Part shown: piece by piece, positions 1 through 10,979 of the stretch | Numbering within the stretch: the first letter of the stretch is position 1 | Layout: the number at the start of each line of letters is the position of its first letter | Source: Entomortierella parvispora E1425 | Taxonomy: Eukaryota; Fungi; Mortierellomycota | DNA length: 64,000 bases | Assembly: GCA_020891255.1 (NCBI GenBank) | Contig: BQFW01000014.1 | Location: 1,674,001 to 1,738,000 of the forward strand | Direction of reading: 5' to 3' | Position numbers and translations under genes: made by a program | Notes under the pieces: generated by a model | Database searches by the model: none | The model's input: the letters and a program-made list of their open reading frames with translations, nothing else | Told to the model about the DNA's origin: nothing

Positions 1-183
1 GAAAAGTTCCCACACAAGGATGAATCCAGCACCACTTTTGTTGGGAAAGAAGACATCTTTTTTTTTTTTTTTTTTTCGTTCTGATGCCTCTCTTTTACTT
101 TGAAACAAAAAGAAGGCGGAGGAGCAGAGGGAAGGAGGAAAAGGTGGGAAGAACAGGAAGAAAGAAACTCCTGTGCAACTTAC

Positions 184-622
184 CAGTGGCGAGCTTGAGA
201 AGGGCCGAGATGACATAACCGAGGTAGAAGCGGTCGACACCGACGTATCCAAAGAAGATGGAGAGGAGGATGGCGATGGGGTAGCTGCGGTCTGATTGGC
301 AGACGTCGGGGTGGTGGGCACCAGTCTTCAAGAGGACCTCGGACATGAAGCCAGCCTCACCACCGTCGGGGGTTCCTGGACCGGGAGTGGGAGTAGGAGT
401 GGGCGTGGTGTCCTTGTCGTGGAGATGGTAGTAGTGCAGTCCGACGACAGCAGAGATGGCGACGACGGCGGCAAAGAGCCAGAGAGCAAAGTAGCGCTTG
501 CGGTGGTGGTGCACATGGCGGAAGGTCCTGCCAACGAGGGTGACCTGGACTTGGTCGTCGTTGTTGTTCAAGAGACCGCGCGACTCGTCGTCAGTTCGCT
601 GGGTGGTACCGTAGTGGGCCAT
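184..622 (-). CDS. TM2-domain membrane protein, first exon; gene continues past the left edge
   Basis: ATG at 622 (MAHYGTTQ...), an N-terminal TM helix, then the TM2 signature 'IAILLSIFFGYVGVDRFYLGYVISALLKLATG'; GTAAGT donor at 183. Confidence 0.8.
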
Positions 623-1545
623 AGTTGGATGTTGAAGGGTTGATGAGAGTGATGGGAAGGAGGAGAGCGGTGGAGAACAAGGAGTGGAAGAAGAGAAGAG
701 AAGGGAAGGTGAAGAGAGGAGAGAAAAAGAAGAGCGGGACAGGGACGGAAAGAGAGAGAAATGGGCGAGCACGCGACAAACACGAATAAATTATAAATGA
801 TTTCATCTTGATATAGGATATGGAATAATTTAATCGCATTTCCATCCTGCAATCCCCGCTCGTCCCTTTCTCCCTTCCCGCCCTTCTCTTTCTCTCTCTC
901 TGTCTCTCTTTTTTTTTTTTTTTTTTCCTTTTCTTGACTCTCATCTCAATCCCTTCATCTCTTCCCTCCATCTCTTTCTTTCTCCATCCCTGTCCATCCC
1001 CTTCTCTCTCTTCCCTCCCGCCTCTTTCCCCCCCTCTTTCTTCTCCCTTCCCTCGCTAACGATCCCTTCCTGCATTGATATGACACCTCCATATCGCATT
1101 CTTTAATGACCTTTGACCATCACTCTCTATCGACCTCTATCTCTTTCTGAACCACCAACTCGCTCTCTACAACCACCGCCATTCACCATCATTGTCTGAT
1201 TCATTCCGTTCATTCCGCTGAATCATTCATTCTTCTCTTCTTTTTGGCAGTGCTTGTCTATTGAAGCTTATCTTGTGTTGCTTGCTCCACCTCCCAATCC
1301 TCTTGACCATCGTGCTAGCGCAAACTAGTTCAGCCGGACCACACTTACCCTCACCCTTCTCTCTTTGTGGGCATTTTGTCTCTTTGACCCTACCACCCTA
1401 CCTTCTGTCTCTTCGACGCCCTCTTCTTTCCTCTACCCTTCCATACCCTCTTTCTTCTCTGCAAGAAGAAAGAACAAAACTACACAGCTTTTTCTTTTTC
1501 TTTTTTTTTTTTTTTCCCTTTTTTTGGGTATTCCTTGTCGCCGAC

Positions 1546-3891
1546 ATGGGAAACTTTCTCTCTCAATTCAACGAGCTCGTCAACCGGGATGCAGACTCGA
1601 AGGTACCTGACGTCAACCTTGACTTTGAAGGTAAAGCCGGGAATACTCCATCCATCCATCCATTCATCGATCCATCCCCGACGCGTCATGCTGAGACATG
1701 GATTGTCTCCGTCTTGGAATCATACATTCCTAGCCCTGTCTGTTTAACATGCGCGACGCCCACCTTCTTTTTGTCTTGCCTTGGTTGATCTCTAGATTCA
1801 ACCATGTCCGAGGAGAATCTCGAGCCGTTCGAAGCCTTGGGACCAACGGCCGAACTGCTAGACATGCTGCGAAACTACGAGGGGTGTGGCGAATATATCC
1901 GTCAGGTAAGGAATTCTTTGCCCAGGACACCGGATCGGCTTTCTAGCAGGAGCGGGAACAGGACTCCTCGACATCGCCATGGTGGATCGTGCCATTAGTA
2001 ACAGCAGGAACTTTCCAGTTTTTTTTTCCGGCCCATTTGGAAACTTGAGGAGGTCATGAGAGAGAGAGGCGTTTACAACACCCCATGAGCCCCTCCACTG
2101 TGAGACGACGTTCAGACCAACCATCCGTTGTTTACGACGTCCACACTGTGGTTAGAGCCGTTGGATCACGGTTGTTGTTTTGGTTTTCGCTCTCCTTCGT
2201 TCTCCCTTTCTCCCTTTCTTTTTCTTTTCCTCTTTACCCCGGTGCATCAGTGGCGTCAGTGGAGAAGAACGGCGGCTCTATGCGTTACCCACTCTTCATT
2301 TCTGGTCCTTGACTGCACGGGACAAATCGAATTGAGACGCTATCCGTATCTATTCTCGGCGAAAGACATGGTGGCGGTCATTGTACATGTGCTTGGACGA
2401 GGGCAAACAGGATCAACACAAACTGCTGTTTGTAGGAGCAATTGAGTTTTCGTCGTCTGTTGGACCTGGAGCATTCTTTACATGAGGATGTATATCCCCA
2501 CGGATGCGCCAAAGTATTTTTACAGCCACTTGGAAGCTCTCGTGCATGGATGTCTGTGCTTTTTTTGACAGGACTGGCTGGACCCTCCTGCTGTTGTTGT
2601 TCTTTCCTGTCTGCGCCTGATCTTTTTTTGACATTCAGACTGCAGCTGCGAGGTGGCATGAGTTCGGGGCGTCGACTGGTGTGGATTCTGTCGCGTCATT
2701 GCGTGGTTGTGCATCCCTCCGCGGGCATCAACGCCAACACTCTTTGGGCAAAGTGGTTCATGCCTTGTGGATCGTTGCTCCTCTGTCCCTCCTTTTTTTT
2801 CTCTTTTTTTTTTTTTTTTTACGCAAGGAAGGCTATTTTTATGAAGTTGTGTTGAGCCCATATCTTTAATTTTTTTTTATTGCAACAGCGTAATGACAGG
2901 GAGCGCTGGAAAGTCTGATCTTTGTTTTTGAAATTGAAGAGCAGCAAGCGCAGTCTCAGGACCGGAGCCAGGATGATTACAGATGGATGGGCGGAGTTCA
3001 GCAACCCCGGCTCCACTTATTCCTGGTAACCATTACCCTAGATTATTAACATACCTTTGTTGGTACTTTTTTTTTTGATAGGCCATTGGAGCTCCTGGCA
3101 CAGAGGCAGAGACGGAGGCTTGGAATCATGTTCGACCAGCAGTGGACAAGCTTAAGCAGTTTTACGAGTACTCTTCAGCAATCGAAACATGCCTGCCTCT
3201 GATCCTTCAGACCCTTTGCATTGGAGATGTCAACAAGAACTTGGAGCGCCATAAAGGACTCGCCCGGATCTTGTGCAATCTGTTGGACTTTGTTTTTGAA
3301 TTTGACTCGCTCAAGATGAAGAAGCCCCAAATCCAGAACGACTTCTCATACTACCGCCGCTGTCTCTCTCGTGGAAAGCTGTCGAATGAGGTTGACCTTC
3401 GGTCAGCCATGAACGAGGATGAGCTTGCAAACCGTCTGTCCATGTTTTACGCCTACCCAACGCCGATGCTGAAGACAGTGACGGAGGTGACGACGCAATT
3501 CGTTGCCAAGAACCGAGTGGGTCGATCAGTGTCCGAGTGCCTGTCAACGTTGGCGGGTGTGTGTTACCACAGCGTGGGTTCGAGCACGAGTCCTTCTAGT
3601 AGCAGCAGCTTCAAGAAGAGCAGTAGCAGCAGCAGAAGCCCACCACGACCTGAAACGACTGCTTTCTGCCTGAGAGTCATGGTGATCTCGATTATCATCT
3701 ACGACCACATTGATCCACAAGGAGCGTTTGTCAAGAGTTCGCCTATCAACATCAAGAATTCTGTCAAGGCCATTCAGTCATATGGCAACGCAAACGATAC
3801 ACCCAACTTGATGTCGGCTCTGCGGTACAATACCAAGCATCTGAACGATGCCACCACTTCAAAGTCGATCAAGTCCTTGGTGGCCTCCTAG
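1546..3891 (+). CDS. CYRI: CYRI/FAM49 (DUF1394) Rac1-interacting protein, 3 exons (1546-1630, 1796-1905, 3082-3891)
   Basis: Spliced product starts MGNFLS (myristoylation-type) and contains 'DVNLDFE', 'LRNYEGCGEYIRQAI', 'EFDSLKMKKPQIQNDFSYYRR', 'RLSMFYAYPTPMLK' and 'ALRYNTKHLND', all FAM49 hallmarks; GT-AG introns keep the frame. Confidence 0.92.
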
Positions 3892-4198
3892 ACCATTCGC
3901 GCTGATCCAAAGCTTTTCCGAAAGAAGCGACAGTAACACCGCTCCTATGTTCCAATCCAATCCATTGTTTCTACTTTTTGTTTCCTCCCTCCGCTGCTCC
4001 TACATACTACCCTCCGTCGTTTTTTGCTATTTTCGTCGTTTTTTTTTTTCTTCTCAAAAATGTCTGTCCTTTACAATAAACAAACTTCACTTTTATACAT
4101 ATTCAACACTTTTTTATTTATCGGTTTTGACAGAGAGGGAGGCATTGTTGCATAAAGGCCATTAGGATGGCAGAGAAGAGGATTGGGCTTGATCATGA

Positions 4199-4580
4199 CT
4201 AGACGTTATGACGAGGGGTCCTCTCCTCTTCTTGCTGCTGTTGTCGGCGGAGGTAAGCCTTGGGTGGCCATGACTTTCTACTTTCATAGGGTTCAGGTGA
4301 CTCTTCATCTCTTGGCACCTGCTGCTCGTCCTGTTGTTGGCGATGGTGGCGGCGATGCCAGCGAGAGGAACGACGTTCCTGACGTGGATCTTGTGCCTCT
4401 TCCTCCTCTTGCTGGTGTCTGTAATCACCATATTTCTGCTCATGTTCTTCTTGATGCTGTTGTTGTTGCTGTTGCTGACGACGGTAAGCGCGCTCACGCC
4501 ATTCTCTCCATCGATGATTTCCATCCGAGTGGACCTGTTCCTGAGGCCACGAAGACGGCTGCTGCTGCTGCTGCTGCTCC

Positions 4581-4620
<40 letters not shown>

Positions 4621-6169
4621 GCTGCTGATACTGTTGCTGATATTGTTGCTGATATTGCTCCCTTTGTTCTTTCAAAGCACGACGACGTTCGGACCAAGTA
4701 AGATGATGCCGGATTTGATCCATGGGCTGATCAGGCAAGGATTCCTGGGTCTTTGGCTGCTGCTGGCTGTGGGATGGAGGTTGGTCCATACTCTTTCCGC
4801 TGAACGACATGAAGGGTGTGTTTCCGCTTTTGGTCGTCACAGGTGAAGAGGGCACAGTGGCCTCAGCAGCCTCGGCGGCCGCGCGTTGTTCGAGAGGAAT
4901 GGTCCGATGATGGCGTCCCCATTTCCGTTCCCACACGACGCGATCCCGTCCTTGAACATCCTTTCGTGTCACGGATTCTCGGACCAAGACTCCCTCTGGT
5001 GTCAATTCTCGGAAGCGGGTTTCGGAAACGAACTTTGTGGGCCAAGAAGAAGAGGCGGCCGTGTTTGCGTTTGGATCCAGGAATCGAACGGTTCGGATCT
5101 CCATCGAACCATCACGACGCGTCAATGTAGTGGTTGTCTCGTGGAAGGGTCGGGGCGAGAGTGGTGCTGAGGCCGGTGATGGTGCTGATGAGGATAAGGG
5201 TGATTGCGGTGATGTTGCAAGACTGGCCGGTTCACGGGTCTGAGAAGGAGCAGAAGTAGGAGGAGGAGGAGGAGGGGGAGAAGGAGTGGCCGCCAAAGGA
5301 GTTGACAAAGGACACACTGCCTTGGGCCCGCTTTCCAACGCTCTCGCCTGCTGTCTCTCCATTTGAACCTCAATCTGACGACGTTCCCACCAAGGCAGGG
5401 AAGACAAGTCCCGAGGGATCTCTTGCTTCGATTGGGTAGTTGGGTTGTTGGTGACAGCAGCAGCGGCGGTGGCTGCTGCAATCACAGAAGCGGTCGATGT
5501 CTGCGCTTGGAGGTCAAACTGATGCTTTTGTCCTTGCCCCTGCTGTTGTTGTTCTTGCAAAGAAGTGGTCGCATTCTCTGCTGCGTGAGTCGACTGAGGA
5601 GCAGTGGCGGCGGTAGCGGCCGGAATCTCTCGAGGCAAGCTGTGGGGGATGGATTCGACCGATGGGGGCACTGCCGTCGTAATCGACGAGCCCGTGGTGC
5701 TAAAGAGGATCCAATCCAATAGCCCAGGAGGACCCATGACCGTCGTGGAGACCATACTGGTTGTCGAGTCCTTACTGTCGTCCTTCTTTGACATACCACC
5801 CTCTTCTTGCACTTGTTCAATCGTAACCTTGTATTTTTTAAACCCGGCAGAGGCAGCCTTGGCCGAGGCCATCGAGCCTGGCCAGGCCCACCAGGAGGAC
5901 GAAGGTGAATCCTCTGAAGAATAGGAAGGGGTCACCGCCCCGGCGTCCTGCCGTTCGTTTTTGTTACCCCAAGGGTGAAAGTGATGAGAGTGAGGGGCAG
6001 GGTTGACAGGTGGAGAGTTGGCGAGAATGGCCTCTCGTCTCAAGGACCCAAAGCTGCCCACGATCAACGAGGACGAAGACTGGAGGGTATCGAGAAGAGA
6101 GATGACTGGATTGGAGCCAGCCAGGATCTGCTGCTGTAACTGTTGTTGCTGTTGTTCTTGTGGAGGCAT
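4199..6169 (-). CDS. Hypothetical Gln/Ser/Pro-rich, largely disordered protein (656 aa)
   Basis: Long single ORF with poly-Q tracts and one short ordered-looking segment (MEIRTVRFLD...WERKWGRHH); no recognisable domain. Confidence 0.6.
4553..4665 (-). repeat. (CAA/CAG)n trinucleotide tract encoding poly-Q
   Basis: Plus strand shows (gct)n and (gtt)n runs, in frame with the 656-aa ORF. Confidence 0.9.
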
Positions 6170-6495
6170 TGTTTGGGAGGGAGGGGGAGAGTGCTGGATC
6201 GGGGGAGTGGAGGAAAAGGGGAAAAAGTGAAGGAGAGTACAAGAGAAAGAAGCGCGTTCCCAGACACCACAAAGCCATCGTTTGAGGTGGAGGTGGTGGG
6301 TGACCCATTCCCCCCCTCACTGGCCCAATAAGGCAAAAAATCGACTTCAGTTTTGTCTTGGGAAACAGCGCGTCCTTTTTTTCCTATTTGGTTTTCGACA
6401 GGCCGATCGGACGCTCACTCTATTCATTCCCTTCTTTGTTCTCGGCTGGTTTCTTTTTTTTTTTTTTTTTCCTTTTATTGTCAAGAAGATAACGA

Positions 6496-7893
6496 TTAAG
6501 AGTTGGGCACACGGCGGGAAGGGTAGCCCGAGTCGGTGCCGGATGGTCCCAACGGGGCTTGGGCCTGCGCACCGGGTTGTGACGGATATTGTTGAGGACC
6601 GGGAGGGTGTGTCGACCCCACGTTCTGCCCACCGATCAACGGCAACGGCGCAGGTGCAACAACATAGTCCAGCATCTGGTTCGAGTGTTGTTGCAACACA
6701 GCCGGACGTCGGTAATATCCCGAGGGCGATGCACTTCCTGATTGATAACGGTATTCATTTTGCACATCCTTCCAAAACTTCTTGACGCTCGAAACCACTG
6801 GAGATCGCATTGATAAGTTCTTTAGCGTTTGAGTGTAATTAATGGTTCGCCAGTGGGCAACCGACGATGAAGATGGTGATGAGGGGGAGGAGGATGAGGA
6901 TGAGGAGGATGAGCCATAGGGAGCGTGTGGTGCGGGAGCAGATGACGACGAGGATGATGACGAGGAGCCATAGGGAGCATGGGGTGCTGGAGCCGATGAC
7001 GATGACGATGAGGAGGAGCCATAAAGAGTATCCGGCTCAGGTGTATAGTAGACTAGAGCCGGCTGAGGATGCAACGGAGGCTGAGAATGTGCTGTGGTGT
7101 GGTATTGCATTTCCCTAGAGTCTGTAAAAGAGCCTGCACTTCCCATTGACAGTGGTCGGTGCTGAAGACCTTGTCCTGCTGGGGCCTTTAAGCTTTTTCG
7201 AACCGTCCTGCTAAAGCATTGGACTCGTTTGCAGACCTCGGACTCGGACTCTAGTTTCCCTCCACATTCTTGACATCGGTAATGTACCACCAAGCCCGGT
7301 CCTTTTCTTTCTTCCGCGGACGCCTGTGCAATCTCTCTGGGCTGCGTCAAAGCCATTGGTGGCGGTGGTGGAGGTGATGCTGACACGGATGCCGAGAGGT
7401 CTGGCATAGAAGGTGTGGGTCGTGGGCGGTAGATGTTTTGAGCAATTTGTTCCTGTGAGATCCACGAGCTCGCCGCCGCTGCCGCCGTTGTCGTCGTCGA
7501 TGTCGTTGAAAGAGGCTGCAAAGGTGGGTGAACGAATGGGGCTTTTGACTTTTCATCCTCTCCCGTCCAAGAGCTCTGGGATGGTGTCAAGGACGGTGTT
7601 CTCACGAATGGACGCTCACGGTGGACAGGGTCAAAATCTTCCTCTGTCATGTTTGGGGCTGACGGGAGCCGAGTGGGCATCAGCGCAAGAGGAGGTAAAG
7701 AACCTTGGTCGGGCAATTGAGACTGAAGGGGCGGTGCGTGTGGTTGTTGTTGTTGTTGTTGTTGCCCTGTATACATGCCATCCATTGAGCTTGTGGACTC
7801 GGCCGTTGCAGAATAAGGTGGTGGCGCTTCACCGTCTTCGTTGTGTTCGTGAGGTCGGAAGGTCGACTCGGGAATCAGGCTCGTCGTCGTCAT
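6496..7893 (-). CDS. Hypothetical Pro/Ser-rich protein with an internal tandem repeat (PAPHAPYGSSSSSSSS) and a small Cys cluster
   Basis: Open frame 6496-8121; likely start MTTTSLIP at 7893; PPPY motif and 'YRCQECGGKLESESEVCKRVQC'. Confidence 0.55.
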   Translation of the reverse strand: MTTTSLIPESTFRPHEHNEDGEAPPPYSATAESTSSMDGMYTGQQQQQQQPHAPPLQSQLPDQGSLPPLALMPTRLPSAPNMTEEDFDPVHRERPFVRTPSLTPSQSSWTGEDEKSKAPFVHPPLQPLSTTSTTTTAAAAASSWISQEQIAQNIYRPRPTPSMPDLSASVSASPPPPPPMALTQPREIAQASAEERKGPGLVVHYRCQECGGKLESESEVCKRVQCFSRTVRKSLKAPAGQGLQHRPLSMGSAGSFTDSREMQYHTTAHSQPPLHPQPALVYYTPEPDTLYGSSSSSSSSAPAPHAPYGSSSSSSSSSAPAPHAPYGSSSSSSSSSPSSPSSSSVAHWRTINYTQTLKNLSMRSPVVSSVKKFWKDVQNEYRYQSGSASPSGYYRRPAVLQQHSNQMLDYVVAPAPLPLIGGQNVGSTHPPGPQQYPSQPGAQAQAPLGPSGTDSGYPSRRVPNS

Positions 7894-8688
7894 TTTTTGA
7901 ATATTGGGTTTGTCTGTTGGTGGGGAGGAATGAGGAATGACCTTTTTCTTGAATGGGGGACATTTGATTTGCTTTATAACTACTGTAAGGCCTTCCTGGG
8001 CTGTCCTTGTTGGGTCTAAAATAAGAACCCCTGGTTGGTCTGTGGCACTTCCAATCTCTTGGCACACGCGTGGCACCCAGGCGGGCCGGGGCTGAGCGGC
8101 ATTAATGCCCATCGACATCAACGCTGCACAGTCGTTGTGGGGAATGAGCCATCAACATGGTAGCGACCCAGAAAAGCAGGTAAACGGCTGAAGGGGCAAG
8201 AACAGAGAACTGTCAAGAAGCTGCTGTTGCTGCTTTTGCTGCCCAAGTAATAATAATAAAAAAAAAAGTGCTGTGGGACAGGAAATGACAATACGGGAGT
8301 AGGGGTGCTGCGGGGTAGGGCTCTGTTGGAGCTCAACCATGACGCCCTGTGGGACCGTGTCTGCGCCGTGCTACGAATGTTTTACGTGCTGTTCCACTTT
8401 TTTCATTCTTCCATCCTTCAAATGCACAAAACGTTTTCTAGATTGAATTGCAAGTCTTTTATGGTTGACAGAAAGGGGACGTAAAAATGCTATTATTGAG
8501 ACTATTGGGAGTTTTGTACAAAGGCGAAGACATAAAAAGCAAGCAAGCAAATGGTAAAAAGGACAAGACTTGTCAAGGAGCGTGAAAGCAAACAAACAGA
8601 CAAGCGATATGGTGATAGAAGAATAGAGTACAACGGGGAGAGAAGAAAGACATTGCGGAAAGAGGTGCATACTAAAGGTCTTCGTTCC

Positions 8689-10389
8689 TTAGTCCTTTCG
8701 GAACAGGAAGAGTCCCTTGATGCTGTCATTGTCAAGAGCCTTTGGACTCGACAACAACGCCCTCACCAAAAGACCGCGGGCCACATCCTTGCGACCCTGA
8801 CGGAATTCTGTGACAATTTCCTCAACCACGGATGAGTTTAAACTGGAGATGGTGTTCTTGATGGATCCTAACTGGGCTTGGAGACTACGTCGCAAAATAT
8901 CCGGCTGTGGATTAGACAGACGACTCGAGAAGAGCTGTCGTTGTTGGATAAAAAATTGCGCCAGCTGCTGAAGCCGTTGCTCCTGCGTTGGAAGCGGCGC
9001 TTGCGGATTGCTCGATTGCGCTCCAGTCGAGATCAAGAAAAGAGTCGAAAAGTTCAGCATCAGCTGGGGCAGCATGTTGGTCAAAAAGACCATCATAAAG
9101 AGCGCCAGCGGACGTGTTCCCGCCGTTGGAGAAGAGGCCACTGGAGAGGAGGAGAGCGTCAAGGTCCTTTTGCGACTGTTGTTGCAAAAAGGCCGACAGC
9201 TGGTCTCCATCCTGTTCCGAGTAGCACTCTGACTCGACAGACGGGCTTCCCTGTTCAGACTCTTGGTCTTGCTCATCGAGGTCATCGTCGTCATTGAATA
9301 AACTCGTCGGTGTTTGTTGGAGTTGGAGGTTGTCGTGTGAAAGTTTCCCTTTGATGGAGTCAGCTTCTGCTGCGGAGAGTTGGTCAAGATGTTACTCTTG
9401 GCCTTCTTTGCCAGTACTGCAGACTATTGAAAGAAAAGGAAGAGGTTAATTAACTGTGCTGCTCCAAAGACAGATGGATGGATTTTGCAACGGTTGGATA
9501 TATTTTGCAGTACCTGGCAAAAGCCGACCCCGGGTTGGTTGTTGATGGTGTTCTCGTCGTTGTGGTTGTTCTTCTTGATATCGTTATCGTTGTTGGTGCT
9601 GACGACGCCAGTCATGGACATTGTCATGGCCAACTGTTGCTGCATTAGTGAAAACTGAGCAGTGAGGGTCTCCAGACGTTGAGAGAGGGACCGGTTGTCA
9701 CTCTCCACTGTCTTGAGTCTCTTCAACAGTTGGCAGTTCTCCTCCTGAAGGGTCTCGTTCGAGGCTTCAATCTCTGCGACATACTTGCGCTTCTTGTCTC
9801 TTGATTCTTGGGCCGCTGCTCGGTTGCGGAGGACACGCTCGCGAGCCTTGGCATCCTTGTCCATGGGGTCAGCTGCTGAACGCTTTCGACTGCTGCTATT
9901 TGAGCTGGCAGCCGATGACGATTCGGTAGAAGTAGCAGCAGCATTGGACGAGGCACGGCGGGCCTTGGAGGTCTTGGTCGAAGCGTTGGATGGCTCGGGC
10001 ATGTGGGTCATGACCGGCGACTCAAGCTTGAGGACCATAGGACTGATAGAGGGAGAGGTTGACCAGTCCGAAGACGAAGAAGAAGAGGAGGAGGTCATGG
10101 CAATAATGCTAGGGTCACTTGAGAGGGAAAGGTTGAGGTTGGAGGAGAGCGAGGCGGTCGAGGCCGAGTCCATCAACTGACTCAGCATAACGAGCTGCTG
10201 CAACTCTTCCCGGGTGGATGTGGATGTAGATGTAGAGGCTGTGGTGGTAGAGGAGGGGGTTGCAGAGGGGGTTGTCGCGGATACCTCGCTGTCCAGGTCT
10301 GCGTTGGACACTTCGCTGTCAAAGGGAGCATCAGCTGAAGAGGCATGGGCCATCATGTGTGGCAAAAGGGGAAGCGTTGTCGAGAACAT
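8689..10389 (-). CDS. HAC1: HAC1/XBP1-family bZIP transcription factor (UPR regulator). Exon 1 10389-9514, spliceosomal intron 9513-9424, exon 2 from 9423. Unspliced form ends at 8689 (about 536 aa); IRE1-spliced form ends at 8912 (about 446 aa)
   Basis: Basic region 'KARERVLRNRAAAQESRDKKRKYVAEIE' plus leucine zipper matches the HacA/XBP1 type; IRE1 cleavage loops and a frame-shifting 47-nt intron lie downstream. Confidence 0.92.
9373..9419 (-). other. Unconventional (IRE1-excised) 47-nt intron
   Basis: Bounded by CUG|CAGU and CCG|CAGC 7-nt loops; 47 mod 3 = 2; removal joins the bZIP exon to a stop-free acidic frame ending at 8912. Confidence 0.88.
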
Positions 10390-10623
10390 GATGGCCCGGA
10401 CAGAGGAGTCGAAGTTAAAGAGGGTTTATATAGAGGGGAGGGAGAGGGGGGCAAGGCTACGTGTCAAGAGGAGAAGAGAGCAGACAGGACAAGAAGGGAG
10501 AGCAGGGCGAGCAAGTGAAGGTCAAGAAGAGAGAGAGAGAGTGAGAGAAGTAAAGAAGAAAGGGAGTATGTGCCGTCGTGGCATTATTATAGAGGCAGCA
10601 GCGGGAGGGGCGTCGCTTAAGGG

Positions 10624-10792
10624 GCCACGCCGACGTGCGCTGCAACGTGGACGCTTCTGCGTGCGAGACTCACAAGAGCAAAGTCTTGGCATTCTCGACG
10701 TTCTCGCTGCTTCCACGGCGTGAGACCCCGTTCTCAATGGGGGAATATCGTCATGTGACTGGGACATACTCTCTGTCCAGAGTGCCACGTAA
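10624..10792 (-). promoter_or_regulatory. UPRE-like ACGT-core cluster upstream of HAC1; TATA-like TATATAA near 10426-10433
   Basis: GCCACGT at 10784-10790, AACGTGG at 10644-10650, GACGTG at 10632-10637, GCCACGC at 10624-10630. Confidence 0.4.
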
Positions 10793-10979
10793 ATGAACAA
10801 CGGACCAGGGAGATAAGAAACAGTACAGCCCAACCATGGAAGCTTCGCCCCCGCTCATCATTCCTGTCAATCCATCCTGTGCAACCGTGGGGCAAGTGCA
10901 CAGAGAACAGCGCAATTGAGTTCATGCAATCTATTTTTATGGTCACTTCTTTATTGTCATGCCTGCTCGGTTCTAGCGT

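Noticed and set aside
1195-1235. Cluster of CATTC (AbaA/Tec1-like) motifs upstream of CYRI
   Set aside because: It cannot be distinguished from the simple (TCAT)n-like low-complexity sequence common in this genome.
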